From a bacterium (lineage in GTDB: Bacteria; Electryoneota; Electryoneia; Electryoneales; Electryoneaceae): a DNA stretch of 64,000 nucleotides. The stretch is from positions 5,056,001 through 5,120,000 of the forward strand of contig OY769902.1 in assembly GCA_963669175.1 (NCBI GenBank), in the 5' to 3' direction. The notes beneath the pieces are model-generated. The model was not told the origin of the DNA, did not search any database, and saw only the letters and a list, made by a program, of their open reading frames with translations. Each line of letters begins with the position of its first letter. Position 1 is the stretch's first letter. The translations under genes and the position numbers were made by a program. Below are positions 30,546 to 40,090 of the stretch, one piece after another.

Positions 30546-31034
30546 TTACCGCTTAGGCATAGCCATCGCCCAGGGCAACGGCTTCACGTCCACCTCTTCA
30601 CCCGGTTCAAGGTCCGGAGCGGGTTCGTAATCCCACACCAGCGCACGTGTCGGGCAGTGTTTCGCGCAGGCGGGATCGCCTTCGCAAACGTCACACTTCA
30701 CGATCTCTTCATAGACCGTGTCGAAGTGGATATTGCCGAACGGGCAAGCCAGTGTACAAGCCTTGCACAAGATGCACTTGTCGGATACTTCAATTGCACC
30801 GGTCCACGGGTTCCGTTCCAACGCACCCGTCGGGCAGACCTTCTGGCACGCCGCGTCTTCGCACTGCAAACACAGTACGACAGACTTGACGTCGTTCTTG
30901 AGTGTATAACTGCGCACACGTGTCAGCGCCGGAAAACGCGGGTCTTCGGTATGCGTAAAGCTGCACGCCAGTTCACAGTTCTTGCAGTCAATGCACCGGT
31001 AAGGAGTGACGAACAGTCGTTTCTGCTTCTCCAT
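30546..31034 (-). CDS. 4Fe-4S dicluster electron-transfer protein (HydN/CooF/DmsB-like)
   Basis: CIDCKNCELAC, CLQCEDAACQKVCP, CILCKACTLACP and KCDVC..DPACAKHCP. Confidence 0.92.
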   Translation of the reverse strand: MEKQKRLFVTPYRCIDCKNCELACSFTHTEDPRFPALTRVRSYTLKNDVKSVVLCLQCEDAACQKVCPTGALERNPWTGAIEVSDKCILCKACTLACPFGNIHFDTVYEEIVKCDVCEGDPACAKHCPTRALVWDYEPAPDLEPGEEVDVKPLPWAMAMPKR

Positions 31035-31045
31035 GGCGGTCCTCT

Positions 31046-31128
31046 ATGTCAAGCGTTTGGTTGTGTTCAATCCTACTTCTTCTTGGTCCATCTCAGGTGC
31101 AACCCGGGCCAGATACGCAGAAAGTACA
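31046..31128 (-). pseudogene. Detached duplicate of the 3' end of the DUF2179-type gene
   Basis: 83-bp direct repeat of 32126-32208 with 7 mismatches; reads YFLRIWPGLHLRWTKKK* against YFPRIWPGLHMKWPKKK*. Confidence 0.85.
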
Positions 31129-32125
31129 CTAACGTGTTCCGTCAGGTCTTGGCGCGGCGAAGCACTAATAATGAATCATCGTTATAACACTAATCTAAAC
31201 TGGTACACCAAAGCCAAATCCTGATCACCGACAAGCCGCGTTGTGACCTGACGGTTGAGTTCTCTGGTGTCAGGTCACACACCGCTTCGCGCTGCAAGAC
31301 CTGACACAACTTGATTTTGCCTTGAAAATCAAACTCAGCAATTACATTAATACTTGTGATATTCTTTATGACCAAAATCTCCATTCATTCCAGATTGGAA
31401 CAATACCTTGTTGTTCCATCCAGTAGAAACCCGCACTTGAATATTTCCACGCCTCCGGAAATTCGACTAACCCTGCCTTGACAGGATTATTATGAATATA
31501 ATTTAATTTGGTTTGCAATACTTTCGTACTGGTTATAGCAACTCGATCATATCTACTTTGCCACAGTTTTCCATTATATGCAAGCGCATTTAATGCCTTT
31601 TGTGCAGTATACTTTTTTACATCTCGCATAAAACCGGATAAATATGCTCCTTCGATTATCATTAACAAATGTATATGTGACGGCATAAATACATAACCGA
31701 TCATTTTAGCATCAAGCTTATCAAGCTTATATGTGATTGTATCGCCAAGTATGTCATATACGCCTTCAATATTGCCATGCCTAATGTGATTATGAAAACT
31801 AGTCGTTACAAAAAAACAATCATTGCTTTCTTGACCTGGAAAACGTAATCCCATGTAATCTCCAGATGATTACCAATCTATCCCTTATTCTTCCGATTTG
31901 AAACCAAGTGTCAGGTCACACACCGCTTTGAGTGATTCTCACGTTCTGTCAGGTCTTGGCGCGGCAAAGCATCAATAATGAATTATCCTCAAAACTCTGA
32001 CCATAGCTAGCATATCAAAGCCAAATCCTGATCACCAACGAGCCGCGTTGTGACCTGACGGCTGAGTAACTCTCTAGTGTCAGGTCACACACCGCTTCGC
32101 GCCGCAAGACCTGACACAACATTTA
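31129..32125 (-). mobile_element. REPtron-like module: RAYT gene between two ~170-bp GTCAGGTC/GACCTGAC palindromic units
   Basis: Units at 31141-31307 and 31948-32117 are direct repeats, with a partial REP at 31908-31928; the interior is AT-rich. Confidence 0.85.
31366..31854 (-). CDS. REP-associated tyrosine (Y1/HUH) transposase, RAYT
   Basis: FFVT, MPSHIHL (HUH), LWQ and YIHNNPVKAGLV..PEAWKYSS; visibly AT-richer than its neighbours. Confidence 0.92.
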   Translation of the reverse strand: MGLRFPGQESNDCFFVTTSFHNHIRHGNIEGVYDILGDTITYKLDKLDAKMIGYVFMPSHIHLLMIIEGAYLSGFMRDVKKYTAQKALNALAYNGKLWQSRYDRVAITSTKVLQTKLNYIHNNPVKAGLVEFPEAWKYSSAGFYWMEQQGIVPIWNEWRFWS

Positions 32126-32152
32126 ATGTCAAGCGTTTGGTTGTGTTCAATC

Positions 32153-32758
32153 CTACTTCTTCTTCGGCCACTTCATGTGCAACCCGGGCCAGATCCGCGG
32201 AAAGTACATCGCCCGTTTCTTCTCCCCGAAATCGGTCACATAGCGCACATCCTCAATCGAGAAAAACGCTCGCGGGTTAAATTCCTTTATGATCGAGATA
32301 ATTCTGCCTGCTTCCTGCCGTTCACTCAGCATGAAGATGATATTCACAGGCCCGGTAGCACCTTCAGCATCCAGGTAGGTCAACCGGATATCACGTTCTT
32401 TCAAGGATGCGATCAGATCGCTGGCGTCGCTACGTGTGATCACACGGATCAACACCTTGCCAATCGCCAGCTTGCTTTCAATCCACATTCCGAACCAGGT
32501 ACCTGTCGCAAAGCCAGCGGCATAGGCGACGTAATAGTACCAGGTCGTCAGGTTCTGCAGGATCTGGCTCATGGCAATCAGCCAGATCAATACTTCAAAG
32601 AAACCCAGCATCGGCGCTAATGCCCGCTGTCCACGCGCGAGGAACATCACCCGCAACGTCCCGACACTGACATCGCCGATCCGTGCAAAGAAAATCAACA
32701 ATGGAACGACAACGAGCGAAAACCAGTTCGGTCCCTCAGCTACAACTGCTGCATCCAT
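32153..32758 (-). CDS. DUF2179/DUF5698 (UPF0316) membrane protein
   Basis: IFFARIGDVSVGTLR, GFFEVLIW, YAAGFATG and PRAFFSIEDVR. Confidence 0.88.
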   Translation of the reverse strand: MDAAVVAEGPNWFSLVVVPLLIFFARIGDVSVGTLRVMFLARGQRALAPMLGFFEVLIWLIAMSQILQNLTTWYYYVAYAAGFATGTWFGMWIESKLAIGKVLIRVITRSDASDLIASLKERDIRLTYLDAEGATGPVNIIFMLSERQEAGRIISIIKEFNPRAFFSIEDVRYVTDFGEKKRAMYFPRIWPGLHMKWPKKK

Positions 32759-33033
32759 CAGTCTTCACGATCCACTAGTTCGAGAACCCATTCCTTCACC
32801 CAGCGCCCACTTAACAAACCGTGCTGGACAAAAGGATCGCTATCCGTCAACGCGGAGGCTTTCTTCAGACTCGCTGCTTCAAAAATGATCATACCGCCGG
32901 AATAATCGGTGTACGGCCCGCCCATCAGGCTTTTCACGCCTGCATCCTGCCAGTAGGCAGCATGGGCCGGGACAACCTCCGCGATCCGTTCCGGCTCCCC
33001 CTGCATGAAATATGAAAACACGAATAACGGCAT
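32758..33033 (-). CDS. YciI-family protein
   Basis: H..YW, GGP...SGGMIIFEA and DPFV; 91 aa. Confidence 0.8.
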   Translation of the reverse strand: MPLFVFSYFMQGEPERIAEVVPAHAAYWQDAGVKSLMGGPYTDYSGGMIIFEAASLKKASALTDSDPFVQHGLLSGRWVKEWVLELVDRED

Positions 33034-33230
33034 TGGACTTCAATTGCCTCTTTTTTCTGATCCAGCATTTAGTGGATCAGAACACTCTTCAATGCGCTAC
33101 GTTCAAGCGAAACAAAGAAATCTGACTATCTCACTCGTCGATACTTGCCTGGATTCCCACCTGCGTGGGAATGAAAGGAAAGTCGACTGGACGATCTTTA
33201 ACCACTCATCCCCGGACAGGTATATCCGGG

Positions 33231-33980
33231 CTACTTGAACTGCACGCGTGCGAACGCGGCGGCAGTCTCTTTCTTGCGTGCCATGTCACTCTTCTCGAAG
33301 TAACTCTTGTCCAAACCGGACTTCTTCGCGAAGTGATCAATCTGTTCCTGCGTACCGATGTATTCACCCGTAGCAGTGCACTGTACCAGGTCGAACTCCT
33401 TGTCCCAGATAATACGCTTTCCACCCACCTCGGTGAACGGGATCGCTTCGGTCGGACAGGACATGGCGCAAGCCAGGCAGCCGATACAGGCATCCTTGTT
33501 CGGCACATCAACGTATTTATCCGGGCCACGTGACAATGTGGCAATGGCACTGCATCCTATGGCGTCACAGACACGGACGCAGATGCCACACATGATGCAC
33601 GTATCCGCGTTTTCACGCTTGGTGTAGGTGGTATCATGGATGCCATGCTGTGCTGCGAGCTGACGGATGACATCCGAGTCGGGCACACGGGCCAGCAACA
33701 GGTCCAGGACTACCTTGCGGTTTTCCAGCACCTCTTCGCTCCGGGTGTCAACGATCAGGTCTTCTTCCACCGGGAAAAGGCAGCTTGTGACCAGCTTCTT
33801 CCAGCCATCCCAGCCCGGTTTGGTGATCTCAACCACGCAGAGACGGCAGGCTCCAAACGATTCCAGCCCCGGATGATAACATAAGCTCGGAATCTCGATA
33901 CCGTTTTCGCGAGCTACCTCGAGAATGGTCTTGCCTGGTTCCGTGTCGATTGAACGACCGTCGATTGTGAGACGTACCAT
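33231..33980 (-). CDS. HoxU/NuoG-N-like FeS subunit ([2Fe-2S], N5-like region, 2x[4Fe-4S]) without a catalytic domain
   Basis: IPSLCY, GACRLCVVE, TSC, CIMCGICVRVC and CIGCLACAMSCP; only 249 aa. Confidence 0.88.
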   Translation of the reverse strand: MVRLTIDGRSIDTEPGKTILEVARENGIEIPSLCYHPGLESFGACRLCVVEITKPGWDGWKKLVTSCLFPVEEDLIVDTRSEEVLENRKVVLDLLLARVPDSDVIRQLAAQHGIHDTTYTKRENADTCIMCGICVRVCDAIGCSAIATLSRGPDKYVDVPNKDACIGCLACAMSCPTEAIPFTEVGGKRIIWDKEFDLVQCTATGEYIGTQEQIDHFAKKSGLDKSYFEKSDMARKKETAAAFARVQFK

Positions 33981-34075
33981 GGCTATCCCTCTTTAACCGC
34001 AGATGCGGAAATCAGTAATCTCAATGCTTGTCCAGGGGGACCATATGTTTCCATGCGCTCCCCCGGAAACCTGCT

Positions 34076-36034
34076 TTATGCTTTCGTAGCAGCCAACTTG
34101 GCTTTGCCGGTTGGCTCCAGACGATTATTCACAACTTCACCGCCGGAAATGATGTCAACCGTATCAACCGGGCAGACATCATAGCATATGCCACACGTGA
34201 TGCACTTGTCTTGATCGATGACGTGCAGCTTCTTGTTTTCACCGGAAATCGCTTCCGTGGGACAACGCTTCTTGCACAGCTTGCAGCCGATGCAATTCTT
34301 GTTGATTTCGTAATGAATCAAAGGCTTGCAAACACCGGCTTCGCACTTCTTGTCCTTGATATGCGCGATGTATTCGTCACGGAAATACTGCAATGTCGAG
34401 GTCACCGGGTAAGGCGCTGATTTGCCCAGGCCGCACAGGCTGGCAACTTCCATGGTGTGGCAGAGCTTCTCGATCTTGTCGAGATCTTCCATCTCGCCTT
34501 CACCACGTGTGATCTTGTCCAGCAGTTCGTAGGTCTGACGCAGACCTTCACGGCACGGTACGCACTTCCCGCAGCTCTCGTCGATCAGGAACTTCGTGAA
34601 GTACTTGGCCACATCGACCATACAGGTACGGTCATCCATCACCACCATACCGCCGGACCCCATCATGGCCCCGGCACGGGTGAGAGTATCAAAGTCTACG
34701 GACAGATCAAGCTTGTCAGCCGGGAGGCAACCGCCGGACGGGCCACCGGTCTGAACCGCCTTGAACGGACGGTCATTCAGGATACCGCCGCCGACATTGT
34801 AGATGATCTCACGCAGGGTGCGTCCCATCGGGACTTCCACCAACCCGGTATGACGAACCTTGCCAACCAGGCTGAACACCTTGGTGCCCTTGCTGGTCGG
34901 AGTGCCGATGGAGGAGAACCAGTCTGCGCCCTTGTTCATAATCGCAGGTACGCAAACCCAGGTTTCCACGTTGTTCAATACGGTCGGCTCGTCATTGAGC
35001 CCCTTCTCCACTGAACGGACATATTTGGCGCGTGGTTCACCGACTTTGCCTTCCAGGGAACGCATCAGCGCGGAACTTTCGCCGCAGACAAATGCGCCGC
35101 CACCACGGGAGATCTTCAAGCGGAAGCTCATTCCGCTGCCGAGAATATTGTCACCCAGCAAACCGATTGCGGTCAGCCGTTCGATGGCCATCGTAAGATG
35201 CTTTACTGCCAGCGGATACTCATGGCGCACATAGATGTACCCTTCGGTCGCGCCGAGGGCATAAGCGCCGATCAACATGCCTTCGATCACGCTATAGGGA
35301 TCGGAGTCCATGATGGTACGGTCCATGAATGCACCGGGATCGCCTTCGTCACCGTTACAGATGATCCAGACACGATCCTTCTTCACCCGCACCGCACTCT
35401 TCCACTTGCGTCCTGCCGGGAAGCCCGCACCGCCACGTCCACGCAAGCCGGACTTTTCGACTTCTTCGATCACTTCTTCCGGCTTCATGGCCAGGGCTTT
35501 GGTAAACCCTTCCAGACCGCCTGCCGCGATGAAATCATCAAAGTCGGTAGGATCAATGGTGCCCACGTTACGAAGCGCGATCCGCTGCTGCAGCGCGTAG
35601 AACGGGATATCATGATAGGTATGCGCACGATCGCCGCCCTTGCGGTCGCACAGGCGGTACAGCAGATCTTCAACCAACTCGCCCTTGACCAGGGTTTCTT
35701 CGACAATCTTCTTGGCGTCGCCGGGTTTCGTGTGTGCGTAGAAAATGGAATCCGGTTCAACTGTCACAATCGGACCCGCTTCGCACATACCGTGGCAACC
35801 GGTGCATTTCTTGACCAGGGTAACGTCCAGCTCAAGTCCGGCGGCTTTCAGCTCAGCAGCGTGAGCGTCAATCTCCTGTCCGATCTCTTCGTAAATCTTC
35901 CGGGATCCGCCGGCCACACATCCGGGACCGCCGCAAACACGGATTTCACGTTTACGAATCTTCCGGCTTTCCCGCACCTTCTTCGCGTAATCCAGAAGTG
36001 CCTTTGCGTTCTTGAAAGTCTTTGGTGCGGTCAT
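34076..36034 (-). CDS. HydB/NuoF-like FMN/NADH-binding subunit with extra N- and C-terminal FeS domains
   Basis: CGGPGC..CHGMC, GLRGRGGAGFP, NGDEGDPGAFMDR, GAFVCGE, GGPSGG, CGKCVPCREG and a C-terminal 2x[4Fe-4S] domain. Confidence 0.95.
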   Translation of the reverse strand: MTAPKTFKNAKALLDYAKKVRESRKIRKREIRVCGGPGCVAGGSRKIYEEIGQEIDAHAAELKAAGLELDVTLVKKCTGCHGMCEAGPIVTVEPDSIFYAHTKPGDAKKIVEETLVKGELVEDLLYRLCDRKGGDRAHTYHDIPFYALQQRIALRNVGTIDPTDFDDFIAAGGLEGFTKALAMKPEEVIEEVEKSGLRGRGGAGFPAGRKWKSAVRVKKDRVWIICNGDEGDPGAFMDRTIMDSDPYSVIEGMLIGAYALGATEGYIYVRHEYPLAVKHLTMAIERLTAIGLLGDNILGSGMSFRLKISRGGGAFVCGESSALMRSLEGKVGEPRAKYVRSVEKGLNDEPTVLNNVETWVCVPAIMNKGADWFSSIGTPTSKGTKVFSLVGKVRHTGLVEVPMGRTLREIIYNVGGGILNDRPFKAVQTGGPSGGCLPADKLDLSVDFDTLTRAGAMMGSGGMVVMDDRTCMVDVAKYFTKFLIDESCGKCVPCREGLRQTYELLDKITRGEGEMEDLDKIEKLCHTMEVASLCGLGKSAPYPVTSTLQYFRDEYIAHIKDKKCEAGVCKPLIHYEINKNCIGCKLCKKRCPTEAISGENKKLHVIDQDKCITCGICYDVCPVDTVDIISGGEVVNNRLEPTGKAKLAATKA

Positions 36035-36564
36035 GATTCCCTCTCCTTCTTTAACAACTTATCGAGGGTACTGGGCGTCTGTTTCGAATAATACTCTTCG
36101 CCGACAACAATGGCGGGAGCGAGCGCACATGCGCCAACACAGTTCACTGTTTCCAGGCTGAAATGGTTGTCACACGTGGGAGCGCCACCGGCTTTCACGC
36201 CGAGCTTGCGTTCCAGCTCATCAACAAGGATGGGTGCGCCACGAACATGGCAGGCTGTGCCCATGCAAACCTTGATCAGCTTCTTGCCACGTGGTTCCAG
36301 GCTGAAGCTGCGGTAGAATGTGGCAACACTCTGCACCCGGGCGCGCGGCACATTCAATTCTTCCGCGACACGGTCCATGGCTTCCGGCGACAGCCAGTTG
36401 ATAGTATCCTGTACATCCTGCAATACCATGATCAGGCTGGATTCATCCTTCGGATACTTTTCAAAAATGGCGTCCAGCTTGCCGTTCATATCGGCTTCCA
36501 CCGGTTGTTCCTTCGCCGGGGCTTTCTTCTTCGCCGGAGCCTTTGTCTTCGCTTTTGCGGTCAT
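36031..36564 (-). CDS. HydC/NuoE-like [2Fe-2S] subunit
   Basis: VATFY, VCMGTACHVRGA and CVGACALAP. Confidence 0.94.
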   Translation of the reverse strand: MTAKAKTKAPAKKKAPAKEQPVEADMNGKLDAIFEKYPKDESSLIMVLQDVQDTINWLSPEAMDRVAEELNVPRARVQSVATFYRSFSLEPRGKKLIKVCMGTACHVRGAPILVDELERKLGVKAGGAPTCDNHFSLETVNCVGACALAPAIVVGEEYYSKQTPSTLDKLLKKERES

Positions 36565-36662
36565 GTGGTTCACTCCCGCCTTCTATCGATAGGGTTGTTT
36601 GTTCGCTAACCTGCACAACGGACACCCCGGAAAATGCCAGGGGATACCGTGTCCACCCTGTT

Positions 36663-37217
36663 CTACTTTTTCTTCCCCAACGCCTCGCGAGCGATTTCCG
36701 CGCCACGCTTGATACAGGCAAGGTTGGATTCGATGAACTGCGGCTTGCGCTGGAATTCGTGTTCAACAATCTTCAACACAGAATCCATGCCGATAATCTT
36801 CGCCGCTTCCACATAAGCGCCGAGCGCGATCATGTTCGCACCACGCTTGTTGCCCAACTCGGCCGCTTCAGCGTTGCAGGGCACCAGCAGCTCAATCACA
36901 TCCTTGCGCTTCACCCGGTCCGGGATCAGGCTGGAATTGACCAGGATGATTCCGCCTTCACGTACCGTCGGCTCGAATTTCTCCAGGCTGGGACGGTTCA
37001 TGGCGACCAAATCCAACGGACTATTGACCACCGGGCTCCCGATGGGATGGTCTGCGATTACGACGGTGCAATAGGCTGTACCGCCACGCATTTCCGGACC
37101 ATAGCTTGGCACCCAGGCAACTTCCTTGCCCTCGTCCATGCCGGCCTCGCCCAGAAACTTGCCCGCGGACAGAATCCCCTGCCCCCCAAATCCGGCAAAC
37201 TTCACTTCTCGTTGCAT
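36663..37217 (-). CDS. 2-oxoacid:ferredoxin oxidoreductase gamma subunit
   Basis: AGFGGQG, PSYGPEMRGG and NMIALGA. Confidence 0.94.
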   Translation of the reverse strand: MQREVKFAGFGGQGILSAGKFLGEAGMDEGKEVAWVPSYGPEMRGGTAYCTVVIADHPIGSPVVNSPLDLVAMNRPSLEKFEPTVREGGIILVNSSLIPDRVKRKDVIELLVPCNAEAAELGNKRGANMIALGAYVEAAKIIGMDSVLKIVEHEFQRKPQFIESNLACIKRGAEIAREALGKKK

Positions 37218-37253
37218 GGTCTACCCATCTATTGTTTCTGGTTGTTTCGTACT

Positions 37254-38666
37254 CTACCTGCTCTTCTTCACTGCCTGTATCTCATCCTCAGGTATCTCAT
37301 TGACCACCATCTTGTACTTGCCATTCGGCCCCAACGGGATCTTTCCCATCTTATTAAAAATCATCTTTGTGTTTTTTCCCAAACGCTCCTTGAACCGTGT
37401 ATCCAGAATGTCCAGGTGTTCCTGCCCCATTCCTTCGCCCGGCACATAATTCAGCGTGATTTCACCAATGTGCTTCTGTACAACTTGTGATTCACGCACT
37501 GGCAGATCATTCACAAACGTCAACCAGGTCAACCGCCCACCTTCACTGGTCACCAGCATATCGGATACTCGCCCATCAATGCGTTCCAATAATGGCAGCG
37601 AACGTCCGCAGGAACAGGTCTCCGATTCAGGCTTCAGCACGACCCGGTCACCCGGCCGATAGCGAATTAACGGCATATCCGGGTTTACTAATCCAGTGCA
37701 AACCTCTTCACCACTGGTCCCCGGTGCAACCGCTTCACCGTTTTCAAGCACTTCCATAATCCCAACATCGGGCCAGATGTGCATGCTTCCCTGGTCACAC
37801 TCCCCGGCGGCACAGGCGATTTCAACCATGCCGTAGGTCTCACGCAGTTTGCAGCCGAACGCCTTTTCCACCAGCTCCCGCTGATAATCAAACACCGGTT
37901 CAGCATTGCTGATCGCAGTTTTAAACGTGTACCCGGTCAATCCCTGCCTGATCACCTCTTCCGCAAGCCAGCCCAGCAACGATGAATACCCATACAGGTA
38001 CTGGACCTTGTGCTTCTTCATCGCCTCCAGGTAGAGCGGAATGTTTTCAGGCGATAAGTGGTAAATCGAGCAATACAACTGCCTCAGCCCCTGGTTCCAG
38101 ACCCAGAAGGGTGGTTTCTGCTTCGATTTCGGGACAATCAATTGCCCGCCGATAATCGCCCAGTTGTCAAAACGGCTGACGCCGTAATACATCCGGGAAC
38201 GAACTTCAAAGAGCGCATACCAGAGTTTTACTGACTCCCTGGTCAACCAGATGTTCACCGCTTTCCCGGTCGAACCGCTGGTATGATCGAGGTACATCTT
38301 TTTCTTATCAATATCATCAGCGATCAAGGCATGCTCCTGTTCTCGAAGCACTTCCTTGTCCAGGAGCGGCCAGTTCTCCAGCAATTCATGGGAACTCTTA
38401 TCGCCCTTTCGACGACGCTCTTCCCAGAGACTCCGGTAATACGGAACATGCTTGACAGCACGATCCAGGATAAACGCCAACCGTTCTTCCTGGAAGGTTT
38501 TCCACTGTTCCTTTGACCAGGAATCCCGTTCGTGAATCTCTTCTACCAGCTTGTCAAAGTTCCCGCTGTAACGCCACCATTTCAGCTTGTAGCCCCAAAG
38601 TGAGGCGGCCCAGCTTCGCACCTGCGGTGGCAGGTTATGATAAATCTTCAATAATTCCGGAGACAT
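37254..38666 (-). CDS. Phenylacetate-CoA ligase/CapK-like adenylate-forming enzyme
   Basis: VPYYR, TSGSTG, ETYG..E, MPLIRY..GD, CSCGR and GR.SD. Confidence 0.9.
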   Translation of the reverse strand: MSPELLKIYHNLPPQVRSWAASLWGYKLKWWRYSGNFDKLVEEIHERDSWSKEQWKTFQEERLAFILDRAVKHVPYYRSLWEERRRKGDKSSHELLENWPLLDKEVLREQEHALIADDIDKKKMYLDHTSGSTGKAVNIWLTRESVKLWYALFEVRSRMYYGVSRFDNWAIIGGQLIVPKSKQKPPFWVWNQGLRQLYCSIYHLSPENIPLYLEAMKKHKVQYLYGYSSLLGWLAEEVIRQGLTGYTFKTAISNAEPVFDYQRELVEKAFGCKLRETYGMVEIACAAGECDQGSMHIWPDVGIMEVLENGEAVAPGTSGEEVCTGLVNPDMPLIRYRPGDRVVLKPESETCSCGRSLPLLERIDGRVSDMLVTSEGGRLTWLTFVNDLPVRESQVVQKHIGEITLNYVPGEGMGQEHLDILDTRFKERLGKNTKMIFNKMGKIPLGPNGKYKMVVNEIPEDEIQAVKKSR

Positions 38667-38783
38667 GTAACCTCGCTACTATTTCTTCCCATGAGGAAGA
38701 AATTGGACCGTGGACCAGCCCCCCATACCAGGTGCGTAACTCTATACTCTAGTCACGGCTTGCATAAAGAACAGCCGTTTCCG

Positions 38784-39569
38784 CTACTCTTCCATTGCAA
38801 TCATCCTGGTGACCGCAGCATCATCGTCATCAGGAGTTTTCAACTCACCCAACGGGTAATACGGAATCATGTTGTCCGCCAGCCACTGGCAGGACTCGTT
38901 CGGCGTCATACCCCAGTTGGTCGGGCAGGTAGACAGCACTTCCACCAGTGAGAAGCAACGTCCCTCTTCCTGGTACTGGAATGCCTTCCGGATATACTGC
39001 TTGGTCCGGATGATCCACTGCGGCGAATGCGCGGAACCACGTGCGATGTACGCCGGAGTCCGTAGACTGGACAGCAGCTCACGCATACGGATCGGCCAGC
39101 CGGCATGGTTCACATCACGCCCCCCCGGGCTGGTAGTTGTCACCTGGCCGGGAAGCGTGGTCGGCGCCATCTGACCGCCGGTCATACCGTAAATCGCGTT
39201 GTTCACGAATACCACAGTGATCTTTTCACCACGGTTGGCGGCATGTAGAATCTCGTTGGTGCCGATGGATGCCAGGTCGCCGTCACCCTGGTAGGTGAAC
39301 ACGATGTTCTCCGGGCTGATGCGCTTCATCCCTGTTGCAAACGCCGGTGCACGACCATGCGCGGCTTCCAGGAAATCGCAGTTGAAATAGTTGTAGGCCA
39401 GCACACTACACCCGACCGGCGCTACTCCGACTGCACGCTCCCGTTGCCCCAGCTCATCCAGCACTTCCGCCACCATCCGGTGAATCACGCCATGCGTACA
39501 CCCCGGACAGTAGTGAGTGATGTTGGACGACATCGCTTCGGGCTTGCTGAATATCTTTTCCAAGGCCAT
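38784..39569 (-). CDS. 2-oxoacid:ferredoxin oxidoreductase beta (TPP-binding) subunit
   Basis: YCPGCTHG, PVGC, AHGRA and GDGDLASIG...NNAIYGMTGGQ. Confidence 0.95.
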   Translation of the reverse strand: MALEKIFSKPEAMSSNITHYCPGCTHGVIHRMVAEVLDELGQRERAVGVAPVGCSVLAYNYFNCDFLEAAHGRAPAFATGMKRISPENIVFTYQGDGDLASIGTNEILHAANRGEKITVVFVNNAIYGMTGGQMAPTTLPGQVTTTSPGGRDVNHAGWPIRMRELLSSLRTPAYIARGSAHSPQWIIRTKQYIRKAFQYQEEGRCFSLVEVLSTCPTNWGMTPNESCQWLADNMIPYYPLGELKTPDDDDAAVTRMIAMEE

Positions 39570-39591
39570 GAATAGCCCTCCTTTTTGGACG

Positions 39592-39618
39592 AATTAAGAA
39601 TTAAAAATTAAAAATTAA
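39592..39618. repeat. AATTAA(G/A) heptamer array, downstream arm
   Basis: aattaagaattaaaaattaaaaattaa; complementary to 40059-40090. Confidence 0.85.
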
Positions 39619-39660
39619 TAAAGAACTGGTAGATTTCGCAGAAATAACGCTTTGAACCAA

Positions 39661-40020
39661 CTAGGCTTTTTTCTTCTTACTGGTTATCAGAATAGAACTC
39701 AGTAATCTTAGAAGCTCATCAGCGTCGCGTAATATCGACACAGCCTCCGGCTTACTTAGACTACCACTATCACGAAGCAAACGAATCCAGTAATGCGTTT
39801 CCCTTGCTTCCTTATACGCGATACTTATTTTTGCAATAAAGTCTCTATTGCTCTGCGCTCCCAAAGCCTCTTCAATGTTTGCACCGATACTGGTTCCACA
39901 TCGAAGCAACTGCTTGGGTAACTCGTATTGCTTTTTCTTCGCAGTTAAATATTGATACAGCCGAATAATGCGCAAAGAAAAGGCAAACGATTTCTCTTGC
40001 ACCACATTCTTCTTATTCAA
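39661..40020 (-). CDS. Four-helix-bundle protein (23S rRNA intervening-sequence protein / bAvd-like family)
   Basis: GGAGG RBS before TTG40020; KSFAFSLRII, QLLRCGTSIGANIEEA, DFIAKISIA.KEARET.YW. Confidence 0.92.
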   Translation of the reverse strand: MNKKNVVQEKSFAFSLRIIRLYQYLTAKKKQYELPKQLLRCGTSIGANIEEALGAQSNRDFIAKISIAYKEARETHYWIRLLRDSGSLSKPEAVSILRDADELLRLLSSILITSKKKKA

Positions 40021-40058
40021 GCGAACCTCCCGTCGGAAAGGACGCAAATCTGCTGGAA

Positions 40059-40090
40059 AATTCTCAATTCTTAATTTTTAATTCTTAATT
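40059..40090. repeat. Heptamer array, upstream arm; supplies the last codons and stop of the alpha subunit gene
   Basis: aattctcaattcttaatttttaattcttaatt. Confidence 0.85.

Noticed and set aside
39661-40020. Four-helix-bundle gene as the Avd of a diversity-generating retroelement, with the 83-bp duplication as TR/VR
   Set aside because: There is no reverse transcriptase in the window, and the 7 mismatches in the duplication are not adenine-specific.
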